A stretch of 61,924 nt of DNA, counting the filler, from Basidiobolus meristosporus CBS 931.73 (lineage: Eukaryota; Fungi; Basidiobolomycota): NCBI GenBank assembly GCA_002104905.1. It is 4 parts of 4 records of this genome, joined end to end, with 100 filler letters (N's around TTAATTAATTAA, not from the genome) between each part and the next. Parts side by side here need not be neighbours in the genome. Positions count along the whole stretch, not along the records: positions 1 to 21,783 come from MCFE01000985.1; positions 21,884 to 38,361 come from MCFE01001121.1; 2 more parts are not named here. One strand, written 5' to 3'. A program made the position numbers and the translations under genes. The notes below the pieces were generated by a model, which did no database searches, was not told the origin of the DNA, and saw only the letters and a list, made by a program, of their open reading frames with translations. This document shows, piece by piece, positions 13,901 through 26,618 of this stretch (the first letter of the stretch is position 1; each line of letters begins with the position of its first letter).

Positions 13901-14780
13901 TTGCTTTGACATTCAGCGCATCAAGTGGGGCTACATCCAAAAAGGCCATGTTTACAGTGTGACCATGAAGGTAATACTGCAGACTCCTTGGGCTCTCAGT
14001 CATGAAGGCAACTGAGAATCTCTGTGAAGCCAAAAGCCAACCATAATACTAAGGCAGATAAGAGTGCAGTAAATGCTGTACACTTAGTTGAAGACCATTA
14101 AGTGGCCATAATATCATCACCACCATCCATACCAGCAACTATGTTGTCAGCTCATACCAAAGCATTAATGAAGCAATAAGGTGCAGTGGTTTGTAGGATA
14201 GATGTGATGGCCTGGGGAAATCCAAAATAGTCCAGAAACAGGATGAGTGGATACTATGCATAGAGCATTCAATATCCCATGTAGAGAATGCTGTATCTTT
14301 GGTGCACAGAAGGAACTCAAGAAGCTCAATGTCACAGCCAAGAATTGAGCCATTTCCCAATGTAACAGCAGAGGAACACCATACAGTCTTTGAAGCACAA
14401 CAACAGTACCAAAAGATAAAGCCCACAGAGAAACCTTACTAACAAAACAACAACTGCTTTCACAGGAGTTGGAAGTACAGGCAGTTGAGCTACACTCCAG
14501 CAAAGTAGATGAGTTTGCAGAGAAAGACAATTTGACCACTACAGCCTCCACCTCCACCATTGTTGAGAGAGTGGAAATCCTACCAACTGACAAGGTTACA
14601 ACGTCAAGAACTAAAAAGATAATCACAATACCTTCAGTGGAATTTTGCAACATTAATAGGCACACTAAGAGGTTGTAACACTACTTCAAGAGCAGTGCTT
14701 TTAAGAAAACGCACTTAAATGTTCCAAGGAATCATTGTAAAGACCAGCAGATGAGATGCTAGACCTTGTAGTACCCTGTG
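10990..14780 (-). mobile_element. Second, inverted degenerate copy of the CACTA-like element (transposase on minus, ORF2 remnant on plus)
   Basis: 13331-13579 KRREKDHVAIVAS; 12810-13400 ACVDSCMAFT...TCPNC; 12460-12663 FALALDGFSL..SKSCRPLILIHLNL. 13600-14780 is the reverse complement of parts of 330-2330. Confidence 0.8.
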
Positions 14781-15619
14781 ACCCCACTACACCGTAGAGT
14801 GTCAGATCAATCCGCACTATAAACAGCCTGGTACTATGTGGCACTATGTGGCACTATCCAACAGAACATGTCTAATTTTTGTAAAAGTGCTAAGTGATCA
14901 TGATTATAGGGGAATAATCATAGGATGAAAGATGTGAAAGAAAGTGGCAAGGCAGGGCTGCAAATGAGTCCAATGGTGACAAAGACTAGTTCAGAGTTGC
15001 TAGGTGAATTGTTAGTTGCTGAATGATACCAACTAGTCAAATATTTCTACATTACTTGCCCTCTACAACCTTTTGCTTAATACAGCAAGAAAATTGACTT
15101 CTTAGTAATTAACCAGTATATTCCTTGTGGTTGCTGAATTTAAGTCCCTTGATAGGTGTTCTCTGGTTTTTGTTTGTGAGAATTAAATACTGAATGCAGT
15201 AAAAGTGGCTTGCAATCATGAGAAACCTGGCATACTTTGGTAAAGTTGCCAAGTATTGTATTCACTAAAACTTGACCTGATTTGTATCAAGGTTCCTGCA
15301 GTTCCTTATATACATTTTACCAAATCAGTTACTGACTAATTGTATTTCCTAATTTAGGTTGCAACCAATGACTCATTTGATTGCATCATCATCACCCAAT
15401 CAGATTCTACCTAGCATATTCATTTCTGTCTGTTAAGGATCTGCTCATTCATCTGATGCCTAATATTACTGATTTGTTAGATAACACTGATATACTGATA
15501 GGCTAAGCATAAAGCTTATTGACTTTATTAAAAACTAATCTAACTCAAGCATTCATGCAGTATGTCATAACATTCTCCCTCACCAAAGTTGAGAGGGTTC
15601 TCCTGAATCTCTTTTGTTA

Positions 15620-17420
15620 TGACACCAAAATCTTAATAGTTAAGTATTGTTAGCATGTCTTGCAAGCTTCTGTGCCTCTTGACATCTCTGTTACAGCTGC
15701 TGGAGTCTACTGACTGACTGAGTTCATTACCTAGGGTATCTGCAATCTTTGGTTGTGTGAGATCTCTCAAAATCCTTGATTCAGATCTATACACTAAGTA
15801 AAATGGCAATTGTTGGATGGTGTTGTGCATTCTAACTTTGCAGGCAAAAAGTGCTTGGTCTATATACTCATCCCATCTGCTGACAGCTCCATTTGCATAC
15901 TTGGACAGCATTTTTTGAAACAATTTATTAAATCACTCAGTGACACCATTATTTCTATGGCAATATTCCAAGGTTTTCAAGTGCTTGTTCTGATGCATTT
16001 CCAGGTAAACTTCCAATGTCTTTGTCATAAAGTTTACCTTTCTGTTGACTAAAATCTTAACAGGGCTTCCAAACTTCATAAGGATCTCTTGGTAGTTGAA
16101 ACTAGCAATTTCTTATTCACTGGCTACAGGTACAGCTATAGCCACTAGCTATTTAATGGCATGGTCAATTGCTACTTGAATCCAATATTGGCCTTGGTTA
16201 ATTTGGCAATTTGGCCATGTTTTCACTAGCTTCTCAAAATTTTGTTTCATTCTGGGCCACCATGCTCTGGCTTTCACAAAACTAGAAGTTCCTTCAAATG
16301 CAATATGTCCATATTCATTGTGTAGCCTATGTATTAAGTCCAGGCAAGCAACATAAAGGCAATAAGCAATAGGGCTTCCATCAACAATTCAGTAAAGTGT
16401 TTCATCCTGTGTTACAAGTTTGCTGGCTTCATCCGGGAATATCTTCTTGATCTCTTCATCCATCTCATTGGGAATGGCTTACTCCTCCAAATACTTTGGT
16501 AATAAGCTAGGCCAATGTGATTCAGGCACCAAATAGAGTTGTGCAACTTGCTTTAGTCTTGATAAGGTATCAGCAACTGTGTTGTTTTTCCCAGGGCAGT
16601 AGAAATTCTCCAAGTCAAATTGCTGAATGTATTCACTCCATCTTGTCATTCTTATGGAGAGTAACTTCAGAGACAGTAAATGCCTGGGTGAGGCATGATC
16701 AGTCTTTACAGCACACTTGACTCCTTCAATGTGGGATGACCAGGTCTTCAAATAGTGTATTATGGCAAGCATCTCCTTCTCATGCACCAGACATTTTTGT
16801 TCAGCAGAGCTCAGCTCTTAATGACTTCACCCTTCTTGGGGTCTAGGTACACTCCTGTGCTAGTCACTATGTGTCCCAGGTATTCAACATGTTATTTCAA
16901 GAATTCACACTTTGCTAGCTTGCTGTAAAGGTTGTTATCTCTTAGCTTCTTCAAGACCTTAGTAATGTGCACCAAGTGTTCCTCTTTTGTCTTGCTGTAT
17001 ATCAATATGTTGTTTAGATAGATTACCACAAACTTGTCTAAGTACTCCTGGAAGACTGTTTGCATCAAGGTCATGAATGTTGCAGGGGCATTAATAAGAC
17101 CAAAACTCAGGACTAAGTACTTGCAATATCCATTTCTGATCCTGAATGCTCTCTTAGGGATATCTACTGGTTTCACCCTAATCTGGTTGTATTCTGACAT
17201 GAGGTCAGTCTTGCTGAATTCAGTGGCTCTATAGAGTTGGTCCTAAAGCTCATCAATCCATGGTATGAGGTACTTATTTTTCACAATAACTGAGTTTTGG
17301 GCTCAGTAGTCAATTCACATTGTAAGTGTTCCATCTTTCTTTCTCACAAATGGTACCAGTGCTCCACAGGTAACTTGCTGGGTCCAATATACCCAATGAA
17401 AAGTGGTTTGATCCTGCAGG
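15620..17420 (-). mobile_element. Degenerate Ty3/gypsy pol fragment (RT, RNase H, integrase)
   Basis: LSFGLINAPATF...YLDKFVVIYLNNILIYSKT.EEHL (RT); EKEMLAI...KTDH (RH); WDEYIDQALFA...PFYLVY (IN). Order is RT-RH-IN. Confidence 0.85.
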
Positions 17421-17759
17421 TGGATCCAATCCAGATCAGCTGTCAGTATCCTGTTTAGAGACTAGCATAATACCAGCAGCTTGGAAATAGTGACTCTCTC
17501 AACAATTTTATAATGGAATCACAACAGCATTTTACTAATTTTACTGCCAAATAAAGTGATAAAATGTGACAAGATTTTATTGGTGTTGTGACAATAATTG
17601 CATAGCATTGTTGCAGTCTTAATGCGCTCTACAACTTTCTTAAATGGATCCAGCCAGCCAGGACATCCAATTGCATTTTATGACAAAGGTCTTGACAGTA
17701 TTTTAACAGCCTCACAGCAAGATTCTGATGACATTATGATGGTAGTATGGCTGCCTACA

Positions 17760-17960
17760 GCTAGTGTATGGAAGGCTCCTGGATGAAGAATAAGAAAATC
17801 AAGCACCAATAATAAGGAAGAAGAAAAAGCTTTAATAAGCAATGATAACCAGCAAAGGAGATACCCAAGACCTTTCAAAGGCAATAGCAACCTGTTTTGT
17901 AACTACTGCAAAGGGAAAGGACACATATCAGACCAGTGCTTGAAAAAGAGTGACCCTATG
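17760..17960 (+). mobile_element. Copia gag fragment of the same family as 50063-54749
   Basis: Near match to the reverse complement of 53650-53820 (NKEEEKALISNDNQQRRYPRP..GNSNLFCNYCK). Confidence 0.75.
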
Positions 17961-17974
17961 AAAAATAACTTGGT

Positions 17975-19125
17975 CCTTCAGGTGGATCCAATCCAGATCA
18001 GCTGTTAAGATCCTGTTTAGAGACCATCATAATAACAGCGGCTTAGAATTAGTGACCCTCCTAACAATCTTATGACAAGACTGTGACGGTGTTTTGCTAA
18101 TTTTACAGCCAAATAAAGGGATAAAACTTGACAATAATTAATTGGTGCTGTAACAGTATTTGCATGGTATTGTTGCGGTCTTTCAGTGCTCTATAACTAT
18201 TTTAAGTGGATCCAGTCAGCCAGGACATCCAATTGCCTTATATGGCAAGAAACCTGACAGTATTTTGATGGCCTCACAGGAAGACTCTGATAGCATTATA
18301 TTGGCAGTATGATGGCCTACCTCTGGTTCTGTATAATGCTACTGTGCCAACTTACTAAATGGTATTTCCTTTTTCTACCTCCCCTTGTGCAATTCATATA
18401 TTCCACTGTAGAATCACCCCTCTTTATTTGCTTACCCACCACTACCTTAGGTATTCCACATAATGTTCAAATCAAATAATACTATGACTTCCTGCTCTCT
18501 AACCTCTACAAACATGCACACCTGTTGCAATTGATATACTTCTATCACCTCAACTTTATGGCTTTTTGGTCTGATACTTGCAAAGTTGCTATATACCTTG
18601 TACTGCTGGTGACATATACATCTTGCAAACATATGCTTAGTTGCCACCACTTCGGCCATGAATACCTCCTGAATATCCGCAAAGAATTTCTTGGTATTTG
18701 GCCAATATATTCCTTCTCCCTGCTGTATTCTTGTCCCCCTTAAAGGTACACTCTGGCTCTTGTTTGTATGAATTCTGTATTGAGTGGTGTAGAAGTTGGC
18801 TTATGACTATGGGAAATCTGGTATACTTTGGTAGTGTTCCTATTAAAAATTAGCTGCTTGTTGAACCCAGCCCAACTTTGCATTACTTAACTGATTAATG
18901 AAATACTTATTGAGTGGTGAATTTTAATGGAGGTACTTGTTGAGTGTGGGGTTGGGCTTAATTTTAGTGTAGGGTATAGACACTTATTGGTCAATACAAA
19001 TGGCAATTGAGGTACAACTGAAGTTTCAACGGAAATAAATCAGCTCATACACATAAAAAGTAAGAGAAATGGTTGAGTCAGGAAGTAAGTAGTGTGAAAA
19101 AGAGGCAATAGCCAATCAATTCACA
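17975..19125 (+). mobile_element. Internally deleted non-autonomous derivative of the CACTA-like family
   Basis: Left part matches 10990-11400 and 6090-6790 (rc). Right part 18960-19120 is the reverse complement of 1-170. No transposase lies between them. Confidence 0.55.
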
Positions 19126-19289
19126 CAAGTGTAGGAGGTGATAGAGTGTGTGGGATCAGAAAGTGAGCAAATTGGCAGGGAACTAATCAAAAGCCATTTA
19201 TACATTGTTGCGATGTAAATTTTGACAAAGTTTTTTGTGAAATCTGGGGTGCAATTATTTTTCAACGGTCTCTGGACAGTGTCCTGATA

Positions 19290-19790
19290 AGATCAGTACC
19301 TCTTAGTGACAGGACATTAACCATGTGATGGCCTTTTGACGGGATCATCCATATAATTTTTCATAGGGGCTAAGTTAAATCCTGGAATACTTTTAGCAAG
19401 ATGTGGTAGTATGTCCTCAAGGCCCCTATTAGTGATATTTGTGGAAATAAGCCACTTCTCTAGCCACAGCATCACATCATTCACCAGTAGCTGGATTCCT
19501 GGGCTCACTTGGCTCTATAAGGTTTCCTTGCCACTTTTTACATGAGTGTTGTTTCATTGCATACAGGGATTTTGCCAGGCTCATACAGGGTATTGTTATT
19601 GGGTGAGATAGGCTGCTGATTGACCAGTGAGCCTTCTTCTTCAGAGCTATCACTCTCAGTGCCGTATTTAGAAGGCCAAGGTGAGCATGAAGGTGCCACA
19701 AACTCAGGTTTAGTAAATATGTCTGCAAACATTTCACCTGTAGGATAGTAAGCCAGATGGCTAACTTATTAGACTTGTTCCGTTGGATAG
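19290..19790 (-). mobile_element. CACTA transposase N-terminal fragment fused to a copia RNase H 3' fragment
   Basis: EMFADIFTKP (copia RH end) runs into PSKYGTESDSSEEEGSL...NETT, which matches 12810-13400; also LLVNDVMLWLEKWLISTNI. Confidence 0.65.
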
Positions 19791-19953
19791 TGCCACATAG
19801 TGCCAGCCTGTTTATGGTGCCAGATCAATCTGGCACTCTATTGCCCTATCTGGCACTATAATTTCTACCATAATGCCAGTGGTATGATACAGTTACTGGT
19901 AATTTTACTCAATCTTACTTATGTTGCTCAGAATAGTGCTTTCCTTGCTTTAT

Positions 19954-20838
19954 TTACTCTTCATAATGCTTCAGACACATTTCTCTCAGTGGATGTCTGC
20001 TTGTATGAACATACTGTGTATCAATCAGTATCTTAACTATTTTACCTATTCTGCTGTTTTCTCCTATATATGACTTTCCTCTGTATTTACCTGCCAATAT
20101 GCTGAATCTCTTCAGATATCCAAATGTGTGCTCTACCCTTACTCTGAAATGATTAAATATCTCATTGTAGTGCTTCTGCTTCCTGCTAAGCACACTATTC
20201 CTTGGCTTCCTATAAGCTGTAATACATCCTAATCTCTGACAATCCTCTCCTATATAGGCTAAGTCTGCCATACATTTCTCCCCTCTACTGAATTCAGGAT
20301 GATTCTCTACCCAGAGTGCTTTGTCATGCCTACTTCCAGCAAATGGCCCACTAAACCAGATGATGTTACCCTCAATGTCAGACAGTGCTTGAAACTTCAC
20401 ACAGTGTGCCTTGTACTTGCCAGAATAAAAGTGCCTCTGCCCTCTAGAAGGTCTGTTGATCCTCACTGGGAAGGTATCCAAAATACTCCTGATATGGAAC
20501 CTGTTGCTGAACACTCTGGGATATGGAAGTCTATTGGAGCTTCTGAACCTAGTATTCCAAGCTTGCTCTAAGTCATTCATACCCTCTGCAAGGTGGTTCT
20601 CCATTGCTGTCAGCTGGGAATGAAAGCTTCTAGGACTTTTGTTGCCATGGATGGTGGGATGAAACCTTGTAGGGCAATAGTTCTGGTAATAGCAGAGAAG
20701 CTTAACAAGGGATCTCCTTGGGTAGATTAGGGTTGATGGTCCACAGTACTTGGAATAGATCTCCTCTAGTGTGTCAAAAGGAAATCCAGTGGTAGTGATG
20801 GGATTGATGAGAAAAGACCATTCAGATGAGTAAGTCAT
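19954..20838 (-). CDS. PIF/Harbinger/ISL2EU-type (IS5 superfamily, DDE_Tnp_4-like) transposase, open frame of 294 aa
   Basis: ILDTFPVRINRP...FYSGKYKAHCVKFQAL...GPFAGSRHD...MADLAYIG...FRVRVEHTFGYLKRFSIL gives the D-D-E triad in the expected motifs. Confidence 0.8.
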   Translation of the reverse strand: MTYSSEWSFLINPITTTGFPFDTLEEIYSKYCGPSTLIYPRRSLVKLLCYYQNYCPTRFHPTIHGNKSPRSFHSQLTAMENHLAEGMNDLEQAWNTRFRSSNRLPYPRVFSNRFHIRSILDTFPVRINRPSRGQRHFYSGKYKAHCVKFQALSDIEGNIIWFSGPFAGSRHDKALWVENHPEFSRGEKCMADLAYIGEDCQRLGCITAYRKPRNSVLSRKQKHYNEIFNHFRVRVEHTFGYLKRFSILAGKYRGKSYIGENSRIGKIVKILIDTQYVHTSRHPLREMCLKHYEE

Positions 20839-21466
20839 ATTAAAATTGATAGATGATTGTATGGAGGCGGTTTGAATTGATTTGGCGCAATCTGCATTAT
20901 TTATCTGATTTTAATACATTATGGTTAAATCTCCATCAATTGCCATGTATCCCATCATTATGTTGCAAAAATCATCTGCAAACAATGCCTTGGTACTTTT
21001 ATTGATGCTTTAATCATAGGTCTATAATCAAATAGGAAATCTGTGATTGATGTGATCTGATCCGTGTAAACGCAATCCGTGATGAATCATGCATAATACA
21101 TGGAAAATTCAACAATCACATTAGTTTTCATATATATTTCATATAAGACCAGGTTGATGCCAATATACTGCTGTATAAGTATCCAAATCCATTGCTATGG
21201 TCCCCGTACCAAGCTTCAATTCATCTTTAGTACAACCCAGACAAAACCCATCCCCCAGCTCACAAGCACTGTCCGGACCGGAAAAGTCAATGTTGGATCT
21301 GTTTGAGTTCTTGCCAAATGATCTTAGTATGGCCCAAGTGTCTATGATGAGCCTTTATACAGATATTTGGGCACTACTGATTAATCTAGCAGAACTAGAT
21401 ACCTCACAGAGCTGATAAAGATGGAAGAATTTAAGTACAAAGCTGTGGAATGAGTTCTACATCAAG

Positions 21467-21783
21467 ATGCCAGCCAATAAATGTAAAAAGATATATAACA
21501 AGACAAGTATTGAAATCAAGAATGCCCTGAGAGTGAGGGGATTTGACAAAGAAGTCGTGCGGGAACAATTTTGCGCGCAATTTGCACAGTACAGGCTGGA
21601 TGCATCTGTTTGTGCCTCCACTTTGAGAACCAAAGAGATTTTGAATGAGTTGTTGCCTCAAATGACTAATGTACTACATGATATATTAGTAGAGCTAAGT
21701 GGCTTCCAAGAGCAATATACACAGGACTCATCCAGGCAACAGCTCCAAAGTATCAGACAGAGGGTAAGTGAATACTATGAGGA
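21467..21783 (+). CDS. Hypothetical ORF, truncated by the gap
   Basis: 105 open codons running into the N spacer; no recognisable motif. Confidence 0.25.
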
Positions 21784-21883
21784 NNNNNNNNNNNNNNNNN
21801 NNNNNNNNNNNNNNNNNNNNNNNNNNNTTAATTAATTAANNNNNNNNNNNNNNNNNNNNNNNNNNNNNNNNNNNNNNNNNNNN
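21784..21883. other. Assembly spacer (N44-TTAATTAATTAA-N44)
   Basis: Seen directly; artificial six-frame-stop linker. Confidence 0.97.
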
Positions 21884-22619
21884 AAGTACTATGTTATCTT
21901 CTGAGTGGCTCTTCGCTGTGTACTGACCAACTGTTGCTTGGTTGTATACTCCAATCAGGCTTGCAATTATATGCTTCACTCCTTTGGCTGGCAGTAGAAT
22001 CTTCATGAGTTGATTTTGCTAAATTTGGATAATACTTTCTCCCACTGCTTTGAGACTTAAACAGAGTGATAGCACATCTAACAGCTCCATATTTAGCTCC
22101 TGGTACACTGGTTTCAGTATCAAAACACTTGATACAATTATAGCATTCTTCTAATGGATTGTGTAGTACATATCTGTACTCCAGGTGGATATATATGTAT
22201 TATATATCATTGGGATCCTTACAATTCAGGAAGCTTGTTTCTGAGATCTTTTTCCATCAGTAGATAGTCCAGAATGGCGGCTAACAGCTCCAGTATTTGC
22301 ATTCTCAGCTGTATTTTGAGTGGCAACAGATTTTTGGTAAAATCCTCCTCTGGCAATCATTAATAATGATCTATATTTTTTTTTTTGCAATTCAGGATAA
22401 TATCCTATCCAAGAGCTTGTCCAACAGTCAATTGGGGTCATATGAATACATATTGCAGTATATTTCATTGTAGATCTGGACCCTCAATTGCTGGAATTAC
22501 GCAATTTTCTTCAGTAGTGGTAGAGCACCAACATACTAAATTTCTTGACACAATTACATGCCAGTTTGATTGACTCTTCTTCATAACTAACTTGGATAGT
22601 TACTGTAGGCATCTTTTGA

Positions 22620-23142
22620 AGGCAAGGCCTTCTTCTCCACAGCAATATCCTCATAAACATAGTCCTTTAGCAGCGGTAGTCTTCTTTAACCTTAGCAGAG
22701 CAATAGTGCGGAAAGTCTTTCTCCAGACTAGTAGAAAAGAATCCAAAGCATAGTAGACACCAAGAGGACAGCAAGCTCGGGGCTCATAACCTGTTGCAAT
22801 ATTCTGAGGAGTATTGGAAGTGATGTGGAGAACTAGAAGATTTACATGTTATTCACTTGTAGATTTATTGATCAAAAGTATGGTATTTATACTTTTGATA
22901 AAGTAGAGGAAAACAAACATGTAGAGTTTGTTAAGGAAGGTCCCAAGAATATGTGTGCAAAGTTTGGGGTCTTTTGGACAACTTTGAGAAAAATAATAAT
23001 CTGGGTACCTGACAATTTGGTGAAAATATTCTAAGTAAATCCCGACAAGAAATCTAGTCAGGACAGAATGCTAATCACAGAATAAGATCTATGTGACTAA
23101 GTTAGCATGAATATTTAGGTGACAATTCAATACTTACAACAA
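22620..23142 (-). mobile_element. Copia 5' LTR (22792-~23142) with PBS and decayed gag start
   Basis: GCTCATAACC|TGTTG junction as at 54391-54405; LTR body resembles 54401-54749 but is more diverged. Confidence 0.7.
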
Positions 23143-23336
23143 TGCTGACTATTAGACTTGTTCCATCATTCCAGCTGATCTTAGTGCCCAATAGTGCCAT
23201 AGCATGCCAGATGGTGCCTGATCATGCCACAGAGTGCCAGATAGTGCCATACAGTGCCAATTTGGGATCAAAATTGACATGCATATGACCCTAAAATATC
23301 AAATTAATAGCAAAATATACAGCACTCTCTGGCACT

Positions 23337-24753
23337 ATGATCAATGGCACAATGGAACAAGTCTACTGTATATACTCTATGCCTGATAGAGCAAATCCAG
23401 CTCTATTAGCTCTATATATGGATGATCTTATTATAGCTGCCAATAACCTGGAAACACTGGAAGAGACTAAATCTAGCCTATCTACAGAGTTCAAGATGTC
23501 CAATCCAGGAGAACTCATTTACTACTTAGGGATTGAGTTCTCCATAGAAAGAAGTACCCAGACTATTACCCTAAGCCAACCCAAGTATATTCAAGATATA
23601 CTAAAGAAGTATCAAATGGAAGACTGTAAACCAGCAGCTACCCCAATGGAGACAAACCTTAACTTGGTCAAAATGCAACCAAATCCAGAGAGCTTTGTGC
23701 CATTTGAAAGCCCTGACTTTCCTTATCAATCTATGGTTTGCAGTCTGATGTATATCATGCTTGGAACACGTCCAGATATCTCATATTCAGTGGGAGTTGT
23801 CAGCCAACATAATCAGAATTATAGATCTGATCAAATTGCAGTAGTTAAGCAGATTTTTAGATACCTAAAAGGAACTGCTGATATCTGCTTAAGATACACT
23901 TATAAGGATTCAGAACAGGATCTTGTGGGATACACTGATGCTGATTGGGGACAACATTTGGAAGACAGAGGATCCATCACAGGATATACCTTTCTTTACT
24001 GTCAAGGAGCAGCTTCATGGGACTCAAGAGAGCAACCAACCATGGCATTTTCTAGCACAGAGGCAGAATATATGGCAGCTTGTGAAGCTACAAAAGAAGC
24101 AATGTGCTTGAAGAAGCTTTTTAAAGACTTAGGCTTATGTCAAAAAATGCCATTACTTTATTTTGTGATAATCATGGATGTATACAATTAAGTAGAAATC
24201 CAACTTTTATGCTAGAACTAAGCACATAGATATCAGACACTATTTCATACATGAAGCTATAGAGAATAACTTGGCTAATTTAGCTTACTCTCCTTCAGAT
24301 GAAAAGATTGCAGACATATTCACCAAATCATTAGCTAGAGACATGTTTGAATATCTTAGGTCAAAATTAGGGCTAGTCAGTATGAGCATTTGGCTGAGTG
24401 GGAGTGTTGTAAAAGTTTGTAATTCAACCTAAATATTTACCTAACTTAGTCACCTAGACCATTACCTTCAAATCCTAGAGAGTACTGACCAAATTCCTTG
24501 TTGGGATTTACTTAGTATATTTTCACCAAAATACCAGGTACCCAGAACATGAAGATTCTCAAAGTTGTCCAAACAGCCCTACGCTTTGTATATATGCTCT
24601 TGGGATCTTTCTAGGCCCATTCTATGTGCTTGTTATGCCAATACCATGTAAAAGTATAAATACTACTCTTACATTCAGTAAATTATTAAGTGAAAACCAC
24701 AGGATCTACTTGTTCTCCCAGCCACTTCCAATATCTCCAAGACTCTTACAACA
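23337..24753 (+). mobile_element. Copia RT/RNase H fragment + PPT + 3' LTR (24405-24753)
   Basis: ORF 23337-24191 is closely similar to 50424-52145 (LYMDDLIIAANNLETLEETKSSLS, GYTDADWG). GGCTGAGTGGGAG|TGTTG...CAACA. Confidence 0.9.
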
Positions 24754-25930
24754 TTACCGGCCTATATAAGCCCCTATACCCAACACTAATGTTATGCCCA
24801 GCCCCACACTCAAATAGTAACTCAACTGAAATATACCAATTGATACTTGATCCTGCTGTAATGCCTTTTTCCATGACTCTGGTAGGAACCACCTGGCTTT
24901 ATGCCATTATTTATTTACTGGTTCCCATATATCCTAGTCTTTAGCTGGTTCTGCAATGTCTAGCACTTCATTTGCCAGTCGTTGTCACTCATCCTGTCAC
25001 TTGACAATTTCCAGATTTCTCTGGGCCATTATATTCATCCTGCTAGCCACTGCACCTAATTGCTTCATTAATGCTTTGGTATGAGCCAATAACTTACTTG
25101 CTGATACTGGTGGTTGTGATGTTGCAACAATCATTTGCCGGTCTTCCATTTGAGGTATGTATTTGCTACACTCACATCATTAAGCAGCTCAGCAGCCCTA
25201 CTGAGTGGGTAATTAGTTTAGTAATGCAAAGATGGGTTGGGCACAACAAGCAACTAATTTTTATTGGGTCAACTTTATCAAAGTATGCCAGGTTTCTCTT
25301 GGTTAAAAGCTAGTTTCCACACCATTCAATATGAACTTCACACAAACAAGAGCCAGAGCACACCTATAAGGGGGACTAGATTCAAGCAGGGAGAAGGAAT
25401 ATTTTGGCTAAATACCAAAAAGTTCTTTGCAGATATTTGGGAGATATTCATGGCAAAAGTGGTGGTACCAAGGATATGTTTGCAAGATGTATATGCAACC
25501 AGCACTACAAGGTATATGGCAACTTCACATGTATCAAACTAAAAAGTAGTATAGTTAATGTGATATAAGTTTGTCAATTGCAGCAGGTGTGCATATGTAT
25601 AGAGGTTAGTTAGCAGGAGGCCATAGCTTTTTTGATTCAAACTGTTTGTGTAATGCCCAAGGTAGTAGTGGGTATGCATATATAGAGGGGTGATTCTACT
25701 GTGGAAGTTTGAATGGCATAAGGGGAGGTAGAAAAAGTAAATACTGTTTGATAAATTGGTACAGTAGCATTATACAGGACTAGCTGTAGGCAACCATACT
25801 GCTATTATGATGCCAGCAGAGGTCTGCAATGAGGCCATCAGAACACCATCAAGTTTCTTGCCATACAACGCAAATGAGTGTATTGGCCAGATAGGTCCAC
25901 TCAAATAAATGCAAAGTGCATTAAGACCAC
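24754..25930 (+). mobile_element. Internally deleted derivative of the CACTA-like family
   Basis: Starts with sequence like 120-180, carries the 1770-1810 segment (TTGCTTCATTAATGCTTTGGTATGAG), and ends with the 6090-6790 repeat. Confidence 0.55.
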
Positions 25931-25931
25931 A

Positions 25932-26618
25932 TGTTGGATCTAAGCTTGACCAATTTCACTCCATTGGAAAATTTAGTACCTTAACAGATTTTCCCTGACT
26001 CAACATTACAAATCCCAGTTTTGGTTTATTTTATCCCATCTGAGAATCTATTTCTAGCTGGCACACCGGATCTATATCCATGCAGTCACTAAATCATCAG
26101 GTGATCTGCCAAGCCTTTCCAAGTGGTTAATCATTAGACCTATCCAACCACTTAGCAGTTGCCAAGACATCAGCGGAATGATGATGCACTTTTGGCTTAT
26201 CTTATGCACCTATCAACACCCAAGTTGATTTCAACTAGTCCAGTCTTTTGGTGCTTACTAATTTGACTTGATCAGAAAAATATAAATATAGCCTACTGAA
26301 CCTTTTGGTTTAGTGTGTGTGGCATCAAAATCAAGACTGTGTCTCAGCAAAATTGTAAATTCCACAACTCTATTTGAGTTTCTACCTAATCCTAGAATAT
26401 CTAGCACTCCCAAGAATGCTAAGCCTAGCCTGCATAGCAAACCAACTCCACTGCCTTTGTAGCCAAACCCAGCTATATCCAAAACCAATATTGGACCTGA
26501 ATCTTTCTGCTAATATTTCCACCACTCTCTGACAATTCCAATATTCTGCACTTCATTGTACCCTTGGTTCAGTTAAAACACTCAAGAGTGTTATTACACT
26601 TCTCTCTTGGATACAACA
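25932..26618 (+). repeat. Solo LTR of the terminal Ty3/gypsy family
   Basis: TGTTG...GGATACAACA, homologous to 57616-58313. No TSD seen (CCACA/AGAAT). Confidence 0.8.

Noticed and set aside
21784-21883. TTAATTAATTAA palindrome inside N runs (also 38362-38461 and 47557-47656)
   Set aside because: Artificial six-frame-stop scaffold linker. ORFs running through it (21467-21835, 38195-38413, 47601-48182) are artefactually extended.
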